DNA of 7,182 bases, taken from Octopus sinensis (Eukaryota). The stretch spans positions 1 through 7,182 of the forward strand of contig NW_021828841.1 of NCBI RefSeq assembly GCF_006345805.1. The letters run 5' to 3'. Made by a program: the position numbers and the translations under genes. The notes beneath the pieces were generated by a model. It saw nothing but the letters and a program-made list of their open reading frames with translations. It did no database searches and was not told the DNA's origin. Below, piece after piece: positions 6,621 to 7,182 of the stretch (position 1 is its first letter; each line of letters begins with the position of its first letter).

Positions 6621-6823
6621 CTCTCTTTTTACTCTTTTACTTGTTTCAGTAATTTCACTGCGGTCATGCTGGAGCACTGCTTTAAGTCGAGCAAATCGAC
6701 CCCAGGACTTATTCTTTGTGAGCCTAGTACTTATTTTATCGCTGTCTTTTGCCGAACCTCTAAGTTACGGGGACGTAAACGCACCAGCGTCGGTTGTCAA
6801 GCGATGATGTGGGGACAAACACA

Positions 6824-6909
<86 letters not shown>

Positions 6910-7078
6910 CATATATACGACGGGCTTCTTTCAGTTTCTGTCTACCAAATCCACTCACAAGGCTTTGGTCGACCCGAGGCTATAGTAGAAGGTAATAGTC
7001 CAAGGTGCCACGCAGTGGGACTGAACCCTGAACCATGTGATTGGTAAGCAAGCTACTTACCACACACCCATTCCTGCC
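6620..7078 (-). mobile_element. tRNA-derived SINE, family B copy 2 (near full length, antisense) with internal (TA)n(TG)n microsatellite
   Basis: On the minus strand: A-box-like TGGGTGTGTGG (7070-7060), B-box GGTTCAGTCCC (7027-7017), internal microsatellite at 6825-6918, and a repeated 3' tail GTAAAAGAGTAAAAAGAG. Homologous to 5154-5565. Confidence 0.92.
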
Positions 7079-7182
7079 ACTATAATCATTATATTTTATG
7101 AAAGTGTGAGGGTCTGGTAAGTTTCTGGGGTTTGAATTGTCGTGAAATGGGAACAACCGCTTGAAATCTTGTGATAGATATT

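Noticed and set aside
6605-7086. CTATAAT on both sides of SINE B2 as a possible TSD
   Set aside because: The left copy lies inside the A4 tail, about 9 nt from the junction, and is shared with the A2 tail, so it is not a target-site duplication.

Overview
This is eukaryotic, repeat-dense, mostly non-coding DNA. It is very probably from a coleoid cephalopod (Octopus-like), judged from my recollection of the SINE sequences and the extreme microsatellite load; the taxon cannot be proven without a database search. The window holds seven copies of three tRNA-headed SINE families, which I label A, B and C. One A copy at 810-1045 has an exact 14-bp flanking direct repeat. The other six are packed into 4769-7078 (about 80% SINE). 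Most of 650-4400 is (TG/CA)n, (TATG)n, (GA)n, (ACT)n and (TGGY)n microsatellite. Nearly all ORFs in the supplied track are translations of these repeats. No protein family is recognisable, and there is no prokaryote-type system (no CRISPR, operon or IS). I cannot support a claim of a new biological system. The best leads are: (i) a C-rich island at about 2080-2500 with a strong CTCF-like motif, a weaker convergent one, an E-box and a canonical G-quadruplex; (ii) a ~45-55-nt module shared by two different SINE families, plus swapped 3' tails among A copies; (iii) an inverted pair of B SINEs able to form long dsRNA, a possible ADAR substrate; (iv) low-confidence + strand exons, including one encoding a GPI-signal-like C-terminus and a 36-nt microexon; (v) a ~55-nt insertion scar inside the C SINE.
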